10,309 nt of DNA. Source: a virus (lineage: Duplodnaviria; Heunggongvirae; Uroviricota; Caudoviricetes). This document shows, one piece after another, positions 1 to 6,847 of the stretch. The notes below the pieces were generated by a model. The model made no database searches. It saw only the letters and a program-made list of their open reading frames with translations, and was not told where the DNA came from. The first letter of the stretch is position 1. Each line of letters opens with the position of its first letter. The DNA is taken from IMG/VR virus record IMGVR_UViG_2585427736_000001; one strand, 5' to 3'. The position numbers and the translations under genes were made by a program.

Positions 1-36
1 AGGCTCCAGTAAGTTTTTTCTAACGGAGCACGGCTC

Positions 37-870
37 ATGACAGTGAAAGTAAAGCGTTTTCGCATCGGGGTGGAAGGTGCCACCACCGACGGACGCGAAA
101 TCCAGCGTGAATGGCTGGAACAGATGGCAGCCAGCTACAACCCGACGGTGTACACCGCGCTGATTAACCTTGAGCACATCAAGTCTTATCTGCCGGACAG
201 CACCTTTAACCGCTACGGCAAGGTGACGGCGCTGTTTGCTGAAGAAATCACGGAAGGTCCGCTGGCAGGCAAGATGGCGCTGTATGCCGACGTTGAGCCA
301 ACGGAGTCCCTGGTGGAACTGGTGAAAAAAGGCCAGAAATTATTCACCTCTATGGAAGTCAGCCCGAAGTTCGCTGATACGGGCAAAGCCTACCTGGTCG
401 GCCTGGCTGCCACTGATGACCCTGCCAGTCTGGGCACTGAAATGCTGACATTCAGCGCCAGTGCAGCCCATAACCCGTTGGCAAACCGCAAGCAGAATCC
501 TGCCAATCTCTTTACCGCTGCAGAGGAAACGGTGATCGAACTGGAAGAAATCCAGGACGACAAACCGTCCCTGTTTGCCCGCGTCACGGCGCTGTTTACC
601 AAAAAAGAGCAGTCCGATGATGCCCGGTTCTCTGATGTGCATAAGGCCGTGGAACTGGTCGCCACTGAGCAGCAGAACCTGAGTGCGCGCACCGAAAAAT
701 CCCTGTCTGAGCAGGAAGAACGCCTGTCTGAGCTGGAGACTGCCCTGCAGGCACAGCAGACCGCCTTTAACGAACTGGTGGACAAGTTGAGCCAAGAAGA
801 CAGCCGCCAGGACTACCGCCAGCGTGCAACAGGCGGTAACGCCCCCGCTGACACTCTGACCAATTGCTGA
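37..870 (+). CDS. O: capsid scaffolding protein (P2 gpO family)
   Basis: 277-aa ORF; N-terminus MTVKVKRFRIGVEGATTDGREI... and C-terminal ...ATGGNAPADTLTNC resemble P2 gpO as I recall it; position immediately upstream of the major capsid gene; GGAG-type RBS (aacGGAGcacggctcATG). Confidence 0.88.
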   Translation: MTVKVKRFRIGVEGATTDGREIQREWLEQMAASYNPTVYTALINLEHIKSYLPDSTFNRYGKVTALFAEEITEGPLAGKMALYADVEPTESLVELVKKGQKLFTSMEVSPKFADTGKAYLVGLAATDDPASLGTEMLTFSASAAHNPLANRKQNPANLFTAAEETVIELEEIQDDKPSLFARVTALFTKKEQSDDARFSDVHKAVELVATEQQNLSARTEKSLSEQEERLSELETALQAQQTAFNELVDKLSQEDSRQDYRQRATGGNAPADTLTNC

Positions 871-886
871 TGGAGCACAAAACCCG

Positions 887-1945
887 ATGAAGAAGAATAC
901 CCGCTTTGCTTTTAACGCTTACCTGCAGCAGCTGGCGCGTCTGAACGGTGTGGCAGTTGAAGAACTGTCCAGCAAGTTCACCGTAGAGCCGTCCGTGCAG
1001 CAGACATTGGAAGACCAGATCCAGCAGTCCGCCGCTTTCCTGACGCTGATTAACGTCACGCCAGTGACTGAGCAGTCCGGTCAGCTGCTGGGGCTGGGAG
1101 TTGGCAGCACCATTGCCGGAACCACTGACACCACCGCGAAAGAGCGTGAACCTGTCGATCCGACGCTGATGGTCGATGTGGAATATAAATGCGAGCAGAC
1201 CAACTTTGACACGGTACTGACCTACGCGAAGCTGGACCTGTGGGCGAAGTTTCAGGATTTCCAGGTGCGCATCCGTGACGCCATCGTGAAACGTCAGGCT
1301 CTGGACCGCATCATGATCGGCTTTAACGGCGTGAAGCGTGCGAAAACCTCCAACCGTAGCGAAAACCCGCTGCTGCAGGATGTGAACAAAGGCTGGTTGC
1401 AGAAAATCCGTGAAGATGCACCGGATCACGTCATGGGCAGCACCACCACGGGCGGTGAAACCACACCGGGTGCGGTGAAAGTCGGGAAAGGGGGCGAATA
1501 TGCCAACCTGGACGCCGTAGTGATGGATGCCGTCAATGAGCTTATCGACGTGGTCTACCAGGACGATGACGATCTGGTGGTGATTTGCGGTCGTGAACTG
1601 CTGTCTGACAAGTATTTCCCGCTGGTCAACAAAGAGCAGGAAAACAGTGAAAAACTGGCTGCCGATATGATCATCAGTCAGAAACGCATGGGTGGCCTGC
1701 AGGCGGTGCGTGCGCCGTTCTTCCCGCCGAATGCGCTGCTGATCACCCGTCTGGATAACCTGTCCATCTACTGGCAGGAAGATACCCGCCGCCGTTCAGT
1801 TATCGACAACCCGAAACGTGACCGGATTGAAAATTTTGAATCCGTTAACGAAGCCTATGTGGTTGAGGACTATCGCTGCGCTGCACTGGTGGAAAACATC
1901 CAGATTGGTGACTTCAGCGCCGCTGCAGCAGAAACCGGAGCGTAA
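887..1945 (+). CDS. N: major capsid protein (P2 gpN family)
   Basis: 352-aa ORF; motifs TRFAFNAYLQQLARLNG, KFTVEPSVQQTL, LDLWAKFQDFQVRIRDAIVKRQALD, KYFPLVNKEQENSEKLAADMIISQKR match remembered P2 gpN; GGAG 11 nt upstream of ATG. Confidence 0.92.
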   Translation: MKKNTRFAFNAYLQQLARLNGVAVEELSSKFTVEPSVQQTLEDQIQQSAAFLTLINVTPVTEQSGQLLGLGVGSTIAGTTDTTAKEREPVDPTLMVDVEYKCEQTNFDTVLTYAKLDLWAKFQDFQVRIRDAIVKRQALDRIMIGFNGVKRAKTSNRSENPLLQDVNKGWLQKIREDAPDHVMGSTTTGGETTPGAVKVGKGGEYANLDAVVMDAVNELIDVVYQDDDDLVVICGRELLSDKYFPLVNKEQENSEKLAADMIISQKRMGGLQAVRAPFFPPNALLITRLDNLSIYWQEDTRRRSVIDNPKRDRIENFESVNEAYVVEDYRCAALVENIQIGDFSAAAAETGA

Positions 1946-1948
1946 TTC

Positions 1949-2599
1949 ATGAGCCTGAGTCCCGCACGGCAGCATCGCCTGCGCGTTCAGGCTGAACAGG
2001 CCGCTCGCGAAGGTGGCAGTGTTCGCCACGCGTCGGGCTATGACCTGATGCTGCTGCAACTGGCGGAAGACCGCCGCCGTCTCAAGGGCGTTCAGTCCAC
2101 GGTCAAAAAAGCGGAAATCAAGGTGGAGCTGCTGCCGAAATACGCTGCCTGGGCAGAGGGTGTCCTGGCTGCCGGAGGCGCTCAACAGGATGACGTGCTG
2201 ATGTACGTGATGCTGTGGCGCATTGATGCCGGAGATTATGCCGGGGCGCTGGAGATCGGGCGTCACGCCCTGCGTCATGGCTGGGTGATGCCACTAGGTA
2301 ACCGCAACGTGCAGACCGTGCTGGCAGAGGAAATGGCAGATGCAGCCCAGAGCGCAATGCTTGCCGCCACCGGCTTTGATGCCGATCTGTTGCTGCAGAC
2401 CCTGGAGCTGACAGACGGTATGGATATGCCGGACCAGTCACGGGCGCGTCTGCATAAAGCGATTGGCGCTGTCCTGAGTGAAAGAAATCCGGCGTCTGCC
2501 CTTAATCATCTCAACCATGCGTTACAGCTCGATCCCCGCTGTGGCGTGAAAAAAGACAAACAGCAGCTGGAGCGCAGACTGCGCAATGACAGCCGCTGA
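1949..2599 (+). CDS. M: terminase small (endonuclease) subunit (P2 gpM family)
   Basis: 216-aa ORF 3 nt after N stop; motifs QDDVLMYVMLWRIDAGDYAGALEIGRHALRHGW and LELTDGMDMPDQSRARLHK resemble P2 gpM; synteny. Confidence 0.87.
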   Translation: MSLSPARQHRLRVQAEQAAREGGSVRHASGYDLMLLQLAEDRRRLKGVQSTVKKAEIKVELLPKYAAWAEGVLAAGGAQQDDVLMYVMLWRIDAGDYAGALEIGRHALRHGWVMPLGNRNVQTVLAEEMADAAQSAMLAATGFDADLLLQTLELTDGMDMPDQSRARLHKAIGAVLSERNPASALNHLNHALQLDPRCGVKKDKQQLERRLRNDSR

Positions 2600-2604
2600 C
2601 AGAA

Positions 2605-2630
2605 CGTGCCCCCGCGCACGGGCGGCACGG
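2605..2630. other. GC-rich imperfect stem-loop in the M-L intergenic region
   Basis: cGTGCCCCCGcgcaCGGGcGGCACgg can fold with arms GTGCC/GGCAC and CCCG/CGGG; no downstream T-tract. Confidence 0.25.
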
Positions 2631-2695
2631 GGTGGCGAAAGGCACTGCCACATCAAAACCCCGTCCACCGCCCTCTATTTCAGGAGAAAGCAGCA

Positions 2696-3159
2696 TGAAG
2701 TTTGTTGCGCCAGAACAGGCACCGGAACAGGCGGAAATCATCAGGAATACGCCGTTCTGGCCTGATGTGGACCTGTCGGAGTTTCGCAGTGTGATGCGCA
2801 CTGACGGCACGGTGACGCAGCCGCGTTTAAAGCAGGTTGCGCTGTCGGCAATTTCGGAGGTCAACGCAGAGCTGTATGAGTTTCGCAGACGCCAGCAGAT
2901 GCTGGGGTATGCCTCGCTGGCAGAAGTCCCGGCGGAACAACTGGACGGCAAAAGCGAGCGCATTCAGCACTATTTCAACGCGGTTTACTGCTGGGCACGC
3001 GCCATGCTCAACGAACGTTACCAGGACTATGACGCCACGGCATCCGGTGTGAAGCGGGGCGAGGAACTGGCAGAAGCCAGCGGTGATTTGTGGCGTGACG
3101 CCCGCTGGGCCATCTGCCGGGTACAGGATGCGCCGCACTGCACAGTGGAGCTTATCTGA
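2696..3159 (+). CDS. L: head completion/stabilization protein (P2 gpL family)
   Basis: Start chosen at ATG 2696 because of strong RBS (tttcAGGAGaaagcagcATG); the ORF track extends in frame to GTG 2632, which remains an alternative start. Motifs NTPFWPDVD, NAELYEF, LWRDARWAICRVQ fit gpL; stop overlaps X start (ATGA-type). Confidence 0.83.
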
Positions 3160-3362
3160 TGAAAGTGCGTGCGCATCAGTATGACACGGTGGACGCACTT
3201 TGCTGGCGTCATTACGGGCGCACGCAGGGTGTCACGGAGCAGGTACTGAAGGCAAATCCGGGGCTTGCCGAATTTGGCCCTTTTTTACCTCACGGGCTGC
3301 AGGTGGATCTGCCGGACATTCCGACCACCACCACCGTGCAGACCGTCCAGCTATGGGACTGA
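3159..3362 (+). CDS. X: tail protein X (P2 gpX family, LysM-like small protein)
   Basis: 67-aa ORF, same length as P2 gpX; motif YGRTQGVTEQVLKANPGLAE...LPHG...LPD and C-terminal QLWD resemble gpX; synteny. Confidence 0.85.
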   Translation: MKVRAHQYDTVDALCWRHYGRTQGVTEQVLKANPGLAEFGPFLPHGLQVDLPDIPTTTTVQTVQLWD

Positions 3363-3365
3363 ATT

Positions 3366-3581
3366 ATGACGCTTGAGCGAATCAGCGCCTTTATCACGTA
3401 TTGCATCGCCGTTGTGCTGGCCTGGCTGGGCGATTTGTCCATCAAGGATGCCTCAACGCTGGGTGGCCTGATGATTGGTGTGCTGATGCTGGCTATCAAC
3501 TGGTACTACAAACACAAAGCCTACCAGCTTCTGCGCGACGGGCAGATCTCGCGGGAGGATTATGAATCCATCAATCGTTAA
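3366..3581 (+). CDS. holin, class II (two predicted TMDs), possibly a pinholin
   Basis: 71-aa protein with two hydrophobic stretches (ISAFITYCIAVVLAWLG and LGGLMIGVLMLAINWYY) and a charged C-terminus; sits at the position of P2 holin Y; 3' end overlaps the endolysin start by 20 nt. Confidence 0.7.
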   Translation: MTLERISAFITYCIAVVLAWLGDLSIKDASTLGGLMIGVLMLAINWYYKHKAYQLLRDGQISREDYESINR

Positions 3582-4074
3582 ACGCTGCCTTGTCGGGGCC
3601 GTGCTGGCTATTGCTGCCACGCTGCCGGGTTTTCAGCAACTTCACACCTCCGTGGAGGGGCTGAAACTGATTGCCGATTACGAAGGCTGTCGTCTGCAGC
3701 CGTATCAGTGCAGCGCGGGTGTCTGGACCGACGGCATTGGTAATACATCTGGCGTCATTCCAGGCAAAACCATTACGGAACGACAGGCAGCGGAAGGGCT
3801 GATCTCCAACGTGCTACGTGTGGAGCGGGCACTGGAAAAGTGTGTGAAGCAACAGCCGCCGCAGAAGGTGTATGACGCTACGGTGTCGTTTGCCTTCAAC
3901 GTGGGGACGGGCAATGCCTGCAGTTCCACGCTGGTGAAATTGCTCAACCAGCGGCGCTGGGCGGATGCGTGCCGACAGTTGCCGCGCTGGGTTTATGTAA
4001 AAGGTGTGTTTAATCAGGGGCTGGATAACCGCCGTGTGCGGGAGATGGCCTGGTGTTTACAGGGAGCAAACTGA
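3562..4074 (+). CDS. SAR endolysin, GH24 (T4/P1-type) lysozyme
   Basis: 170 aa; N-terminal weakly hydrophobic Gly/Ala-rich segment KRCLVGAVLAIAATLPGF (signal-anchor-release type); catalytic motif DYEGCRLQPYQCSAGVWTDGIGNT with Glu41 and Thr56 aligning to T4 lysozyme E11/T26; GGAGG RBS 5 nt upstream of ATG. Confidence 0.85.
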   Translation: MNPSIVKRCLVGAVLAIAATLPGFQQLHTSVEGLKLIADYEGCRLQPYQCSAGVWTDGIGNTSGVIPGKTITERQAAEGLISNVLRVERALEKCVKQQPPQKVYDATVSFAFNVGTGNACSSTLVKLLNQRRWADACRQLPRWVYVKGVFNQGLDNRRVREMAWCLQGAN

Positions 4075-4075
4075 A

Positions 4076-4453
4076 ATGAAAAAGAAATTAATCAGCGGGC
4101 TGTTTCTGATGTTATGGATGGCGCTGTTAATCGCAGCAATGGTGTATCCGCAGGGGATTTTTCCGGTACTGGCAGCGTCCGGCGTTTGGGTAGCCTGTTT
4201 GCTGACATGGGTGGTAATTCCGGTAGCACTGGATGCGTTAATTAAGAATGGCCCGCTCTGGCAGGAGTTGAGGGCATCTTTGCTGAAGGCAATTACCCGA
4301 AAAGAAAACGTATTTATCAGCTGGGTGATGCGATTGCTGATTGTCGTAAGTCTCGCCTGGACGGGGTGGGCCATTACCCTGGTCTTTTATCTGCTGACCG
4401 TTATTGCCTTCTGGATCACACGTAACCAGATGGCGCAACAGGTAGCAGCATGA
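4076..4453 (+). CDS. LysA-like multi-pass inner-membrane protein of the lysis cassette (function uncertain)
   Basis: The track ORF 4004..4453 overlaps the endolysin; I take the first in-frame ATG after the endolysin stop (4076; MKKKLISG...). About 125 aa with four predicted TMDs; occupies the position of P2 lysA; stop overlaps the i-spanin start (ATGA). Confidence 0.55.
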   Translation: MKKKLISGLFLMLWMALLIAAMVYPQGIFPVLAASGVWVACLLTWVVIPVALDALIKNGPLWQELRASLLKAITRKENVFISWVMRLLIVVSLAWTGWAITLVFYLLTVIAFWITRNQMAQQVAA

Positions 4454-4878
4454 ACCGGTTGCTGCTGGTTGTGCTGGCGTTATTACTGGCGGCGCTGGGC
4501 TGGCAGACGTGGCGGCTGGCTGATGCCAGCCAGACCATCAGCACGCAGGCAGACGAACTGCAGAGCAAAAGCCAGGCGCTGGCAAAGAGCAACAGCCAGC
4601 TTATCAGCCTGTCCATTCTGACTGAAACCAATAACCGGGAGCAGGCGCGGCTCTATGCCGAAGCAGAACAGACCAGCGCGCTGCTGAGACAACGACAACA
4701 CCGGATTGAGGAACTGAAACGTGAGAACGAGGATTTACGCCGCTGGGCTGATACTCCTTTGCCTGCTGACATTATCCGGCTGCGGGAACGTCCGACGCTC
4801 ACCGGAGGTGCAGCTTACCGTCAGTGGTTGTCCGCGAGTGACGCCGTGTTGGCTGGATCAGGCAGCGCCGCGCACTAA
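4450..4878 (+). CDS. lysB: i-spanin (Rz-like; P2 LysB equivalent)
   Basis: 142 aa; N-terminal TMD LLLVVLALLLAALGW followed by a charged, Gln/Glu/Arg-rich predicted coiled-coil region (EELKRENEDLRRW); an o-spanin gene overlaps its 3' portion in another frame. Confidence 0.8.
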   Translation: MNRLLLVVLALLLAALGWQTWRLADASQTISTQADELQSKSQALAKSNSQLISLSILTETNNREQARLYAEAEQTSALLRQRQHRIEELKRENEDLRRWADTPLPADIIRLRERPTLTGGAAYRQWLSASDAVLAGSGSAAH

Positions 4879-5011
4879 CGGTGATCTGAACGCGTTGCTG
4901 GATGAAACGGAGGCCGCCTGGGCGGTCTGTGCAGACAAAGTGGACATGATTATTGCGTGTCAGGAGCGAAACAGTGAACAAACCACAATCCCTGCGCCAC
5001 GCCCTCAATAA
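4721..5011 (+). CDS. lysC: o-spanin outer-membrane lipoprotein (Rz1-like; P2 LysC equivalent)
   Basis: GTG-initiated 96-aa ORF in the +1 frame relative to the i-spanin; signal peptide with lipobox LTLSGC; small mature protein with several Cys and a Pro-rich C-terminus; overlapped (not embedded) architecture as in P2 lysB/lysC. Confidence 0.7.
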   Translation: MRTRIYAAGLILLCLLTLSGCGNVRRSPEVQLTVSGCPRVTPCWLDQAAPRTNGDLNALLDETEAAWAVCADKVDMIIACQERNSEQTTIPAPRPQ

Positions 5012-5405
5012 AGCGGTGCCTTATGTCCGCAATAACCCGGACAAACTGCATCTGTTTGTGGATAACGGTTCGCTGGTTGCCACGGGGGCCAGCTCCATGT
5101 CGTGGGAGTACCGTTACACCCTGAACGCGGTGATTGAGGATTTCAGCGGCGACCAGAATCTGCTGATGGCCCCGGTTTTGCTGTGGCTGAGGGATAACCA
5201 GCCCGATGCCATCAATAACCCGGCGTTACGGGAAAAACTATTCACCTTTGAGGTGGATATTCTGCGCAACGATGTCTGTGATATCAGCCTGAACCTGCAA
5301 CTGACGGAGCGTGTGCTGGTCAGCACTGACGGTAGTGTGTCGAGTGTTGAAGCTATAGCGGAACCTGATGAACCTGAAGAAATGTGGACGGTGAAACGTG
5401 GCTGA
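4974..5405 (+). CDS. R: tail completion protein R (P2 gpR family)
   Basis: The track ORF begins at TTG 4953; I prefer GTG 4974 preceded by cAGGAGcgaaacaGTG, giving (M)NKPQSLRHAL... which aligns with my recollection of the gpR N-terminus; motifs FVDNGS, EYRYTLN, LTERVLVS fit gpR. Start codon uncertain. Confidence 0.8.
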   Translation: MNKPQSLRHALNKAVPYVRNNPDKLHLFVDNGSLVATGASSMSWEYRYTLNAVIEDFSGDQNLLMAPVLLWLRDNQPDAINNPALREKLFTFEVDILRNDVCDISLNLQLTERVLVSTDGSVSSVEAIAEPDEPEEMWTVKRG

Positions 5406-5844
5406 ACTGCAGAAAGTGGACGACTGGCTGAGTGCCTTGCTGGCGAATCTGGAGCCAGCCGCCAGAAGTCGCATGATGCGCCAGCTGGCGCAGGAACTGC
5501 GCCGGACACAGCAGCAGAACATCAGGATGCAACGCAATCCTGATGGCAGCAGCTATGAACCGAGGCGAGTAACAGCACGCAGTAAAAAAGGCCGTATCAA
5601 ACGGCAGATGTTTACAAAACTTCGCACCACAAAATACCTGAAAACTGCCGCTAGCGCCGACTCTGCCAGCGTGCAGTTTGAAGGTAAGGTGCAGCGCATT
5701 GCCCGTGTTCACCATTACGGCTTGCGCGATCGCATCAGTCGCAAAGGACCTGAGGTCCGTTACGCAGAACGTCGCCTTCTGGGTGTAAATGATGATGTTG
5801 AGGCAATGACCCGCGACATGATTCTGCAATGGCTGGCGGGGTGA
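5398..5844 (+). CDS. S: tail completion protein S (P2 gpS family)
   Basis: GTG-initiated 148-aa ORF overlapping the R stop by 8 nt; synteny and size match gpS (about 150 aa). Confidence 0.83.
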   Translation: MAELQKVDDWLSALLANLEPAARSRMMRQLAQELRRTQQQNIRMQRNPDGSSYEPRRVTARSKKGRIKRQMFTKLRTTKYLKTAASADSASVQFEGKVQRIARVHHYGLRDRISRKGPEVRYAERRLLGVNDDVEAMTRDMILQWLAG

Positions 5845-5848
5845 TCTT

Positions 5849-5866
5849 TGTATCAGCACTGATACA
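5849..5866. promoter_or_regulatory. perfect 18-bp palindrome TGTATCAGCACTGATACA (TGT-N12-ACA); candidate Ogr/Delta-type late activator site for a PV-like late promoter
   Basis: Sits in the only sizeable intergenic gap (5845..5912) between S and V, where P2 has its PV late promoter; P2/P4 late promoters carry a TGT-N12-ACA dyad upstream. The spacing to the V start codon looks short for a -55 centred site, so confidence is moderate. Confidence 0.4.
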
Positions 5867-5912
5867 AGTTGCAGCACTGCCGCCTTTCTTCCCCTGATGG
5901 CAACCTTTCCCT

Positions 5913-6491
5913 ATGAACGCACAATTAACCGAAATCATGCGCCTTATCACCAACCTGATCCGCACAGGTGTAGTCACCGAAGTGGACAGGGCAAACTGGC
6001 TGTGTCGGGTGAAAACGGGCGACCTCGAAACCAACTGGATTAACTGGCTGACACTGCGCGCGGGCAAATCGCGCACCTGGTGGAAACCGTCTGTGGGTGA
6101 GCAGGTTGTGCTGTTCAGCCTTGGCGGCAATCTGGAAACCGCGTTTGCCCTGCCTGCGGTCTACTCAAACCAGTTTCCGCCACCTTCAGGCTCTGAGGAC
6201 GGCAACGTGACGGAATACCCGGACGGCGGCTGGTTTGAATACGAACCCGCCACCGGGCGCTGGTATGTCAGGGGCATCAAATCAATGGTCATTGAGGCCG
6301 CTGACAATATCACCCTGAAAACCAGTGAGTTTGTGCTGGAGGCTGACCGCACGCGTATTAACAGCGAAGTGGTGATCAATGGTGGCGTTACCCAGGGCGG
6401 CGGAGCGATGAGCTCTAACGGGATTGTGGTTGATGCGCATCAGCATACTGGCGTCCTGAAAGGCGGCGATACAACCGGAGGCCCGGTATGA
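5913..6491 (+). CDS. V: baseplate spike/assembly protein V (P2 gpV family)
   Basis: 192 aa; motifs LIRTGVVTEVD, WLTLRAGKSRTWWKPSVGEQV and the C-terminal Gly-rich SSNG...HQHTG resemble gpV; weak RBS, and the in-frame ATG at 5937 is an alternative start. Confidence 0.87.
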   Translation: MNAQLTEIMRLITNLIRTGVVTEVDRANWLCRVKTGDLETNWINWLTLRAGKSRTWWKPSVGEQVVLFSLGGNLETAFALPAVYSNQFPPPSGSEDGNVTEYPDGGWFEYEPATGRWYVRGIKSMVIEAADNITLKTSEFVLEADRTRINSEVVINGGVTQGGGAMSSNGIVVDAHQHTGVLKGGDTTGGPV

Positions 6492-6847
6492 CGCTTTATA
6501 GCGGGATGAACAATACCAGCGGCAAAGTCATTACTGATATTGATCATCTGCGCCAGTCGGTGCGGGACATTCTGCTGACACCGCAGGGTAGCCGCATTGC
6601 CCGCCGGGAATATGGTTCCCTCCTGTCGGTTTTAATAGATCAGCCACAAAATCCGGCATTACGCCTGCAGGTCATGTCGGCAGTGTATGTGGCGCTGAGT
6701 CGCTGGGAGCCACGGCTGACGCTGGATTCCATCACCATCAACAGCAACTTTGACGGTTCTATGGTGGTGGAGCTGACCGGGCGGCGGAATAACGGTGTGC
6801 CTGTGTCCCTTTCCGTATCAACAGGAGCAGAGAATGGCAGTGATTGA
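6488..6847 (+). CDS. W: baseplate wedge protein W (P2 gpW / gp25-like family)
   Basis: 119 aa, ATGA overlap with V; size and position as P2 gpW (115 aa). Confidence 0.87.
   Translation: MTLYSGMNNTSGKVITDIDHLRQSVRDILLTPQGSRIARREYGSLLSVLIDQPQNPALRLQVMSAVYVALSRWEPRLTLDSITINSNFDGSMVVELTGRRNNGVPVSLSVSTGAENGSD

Noticed and set aside
1-36. Late promoter PO upstream of gene O
   Set aside because: Only 36 nt of upstream sequence are in the window; the expected activator dyad would lie further upstream, so nothing can be called.
767-1429. 220-aa minus-strand ORF antisense to the O/N genes
   Set aside because: Lies wholly within strongly supported plus-strand capsid genes; long antisense ORFs are expected by chance in GC-rich coding DNA; no RBS or recognisable protein features.
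2605-2630. M-L hairpin as an intrinsic terminator
   Set aside because: No U-tract downstream, and M and L are expected in one transcript.
4004-4075. Upstream extension of the lysA-like ORF (track start 4004) overlapping the endolysin 3' end
   Set aside because: The extension would overlap 71 nt of the endolysin in another frame; the ATG at 4076, directly after the endolysin stop and beginning the hydrophobic protein with MKKK, is the more parsimonious start.
4953-4973. TTG start for R at 4953
   Set aside because: The ORF track's first codon is TTG with no convincing RBS; GTG 4974 is preceded by AGGAG at good spacing and gives an N-terminus matching the remembered gpR family. Still uncertain.
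5849-5866. The S-V palindrome as a Rho-independent terminator
   Set aside because: The hairpin is not followed by a T/U-rich tract, and S and V are expected to be co-expressed late; an activator-binding dyad is more consistent, though not proven.
5353-5877. 174-aa minus-strand ORF antisense to S and the R 3' end
   Set aside because: Overlaps well-supported tail completion genes on the opposite strand; Cys/His-rich low-complexity translation typical of spurious antisense frames.
6795-6833. Upstream start for J at 6795 (MCLCPFPYQQEQRM...)
   Set aside because: Would overlap W by 53 nt with no RBS; ATG 6834 has a strong AGGAG RBS and yields the expected gpJ length.
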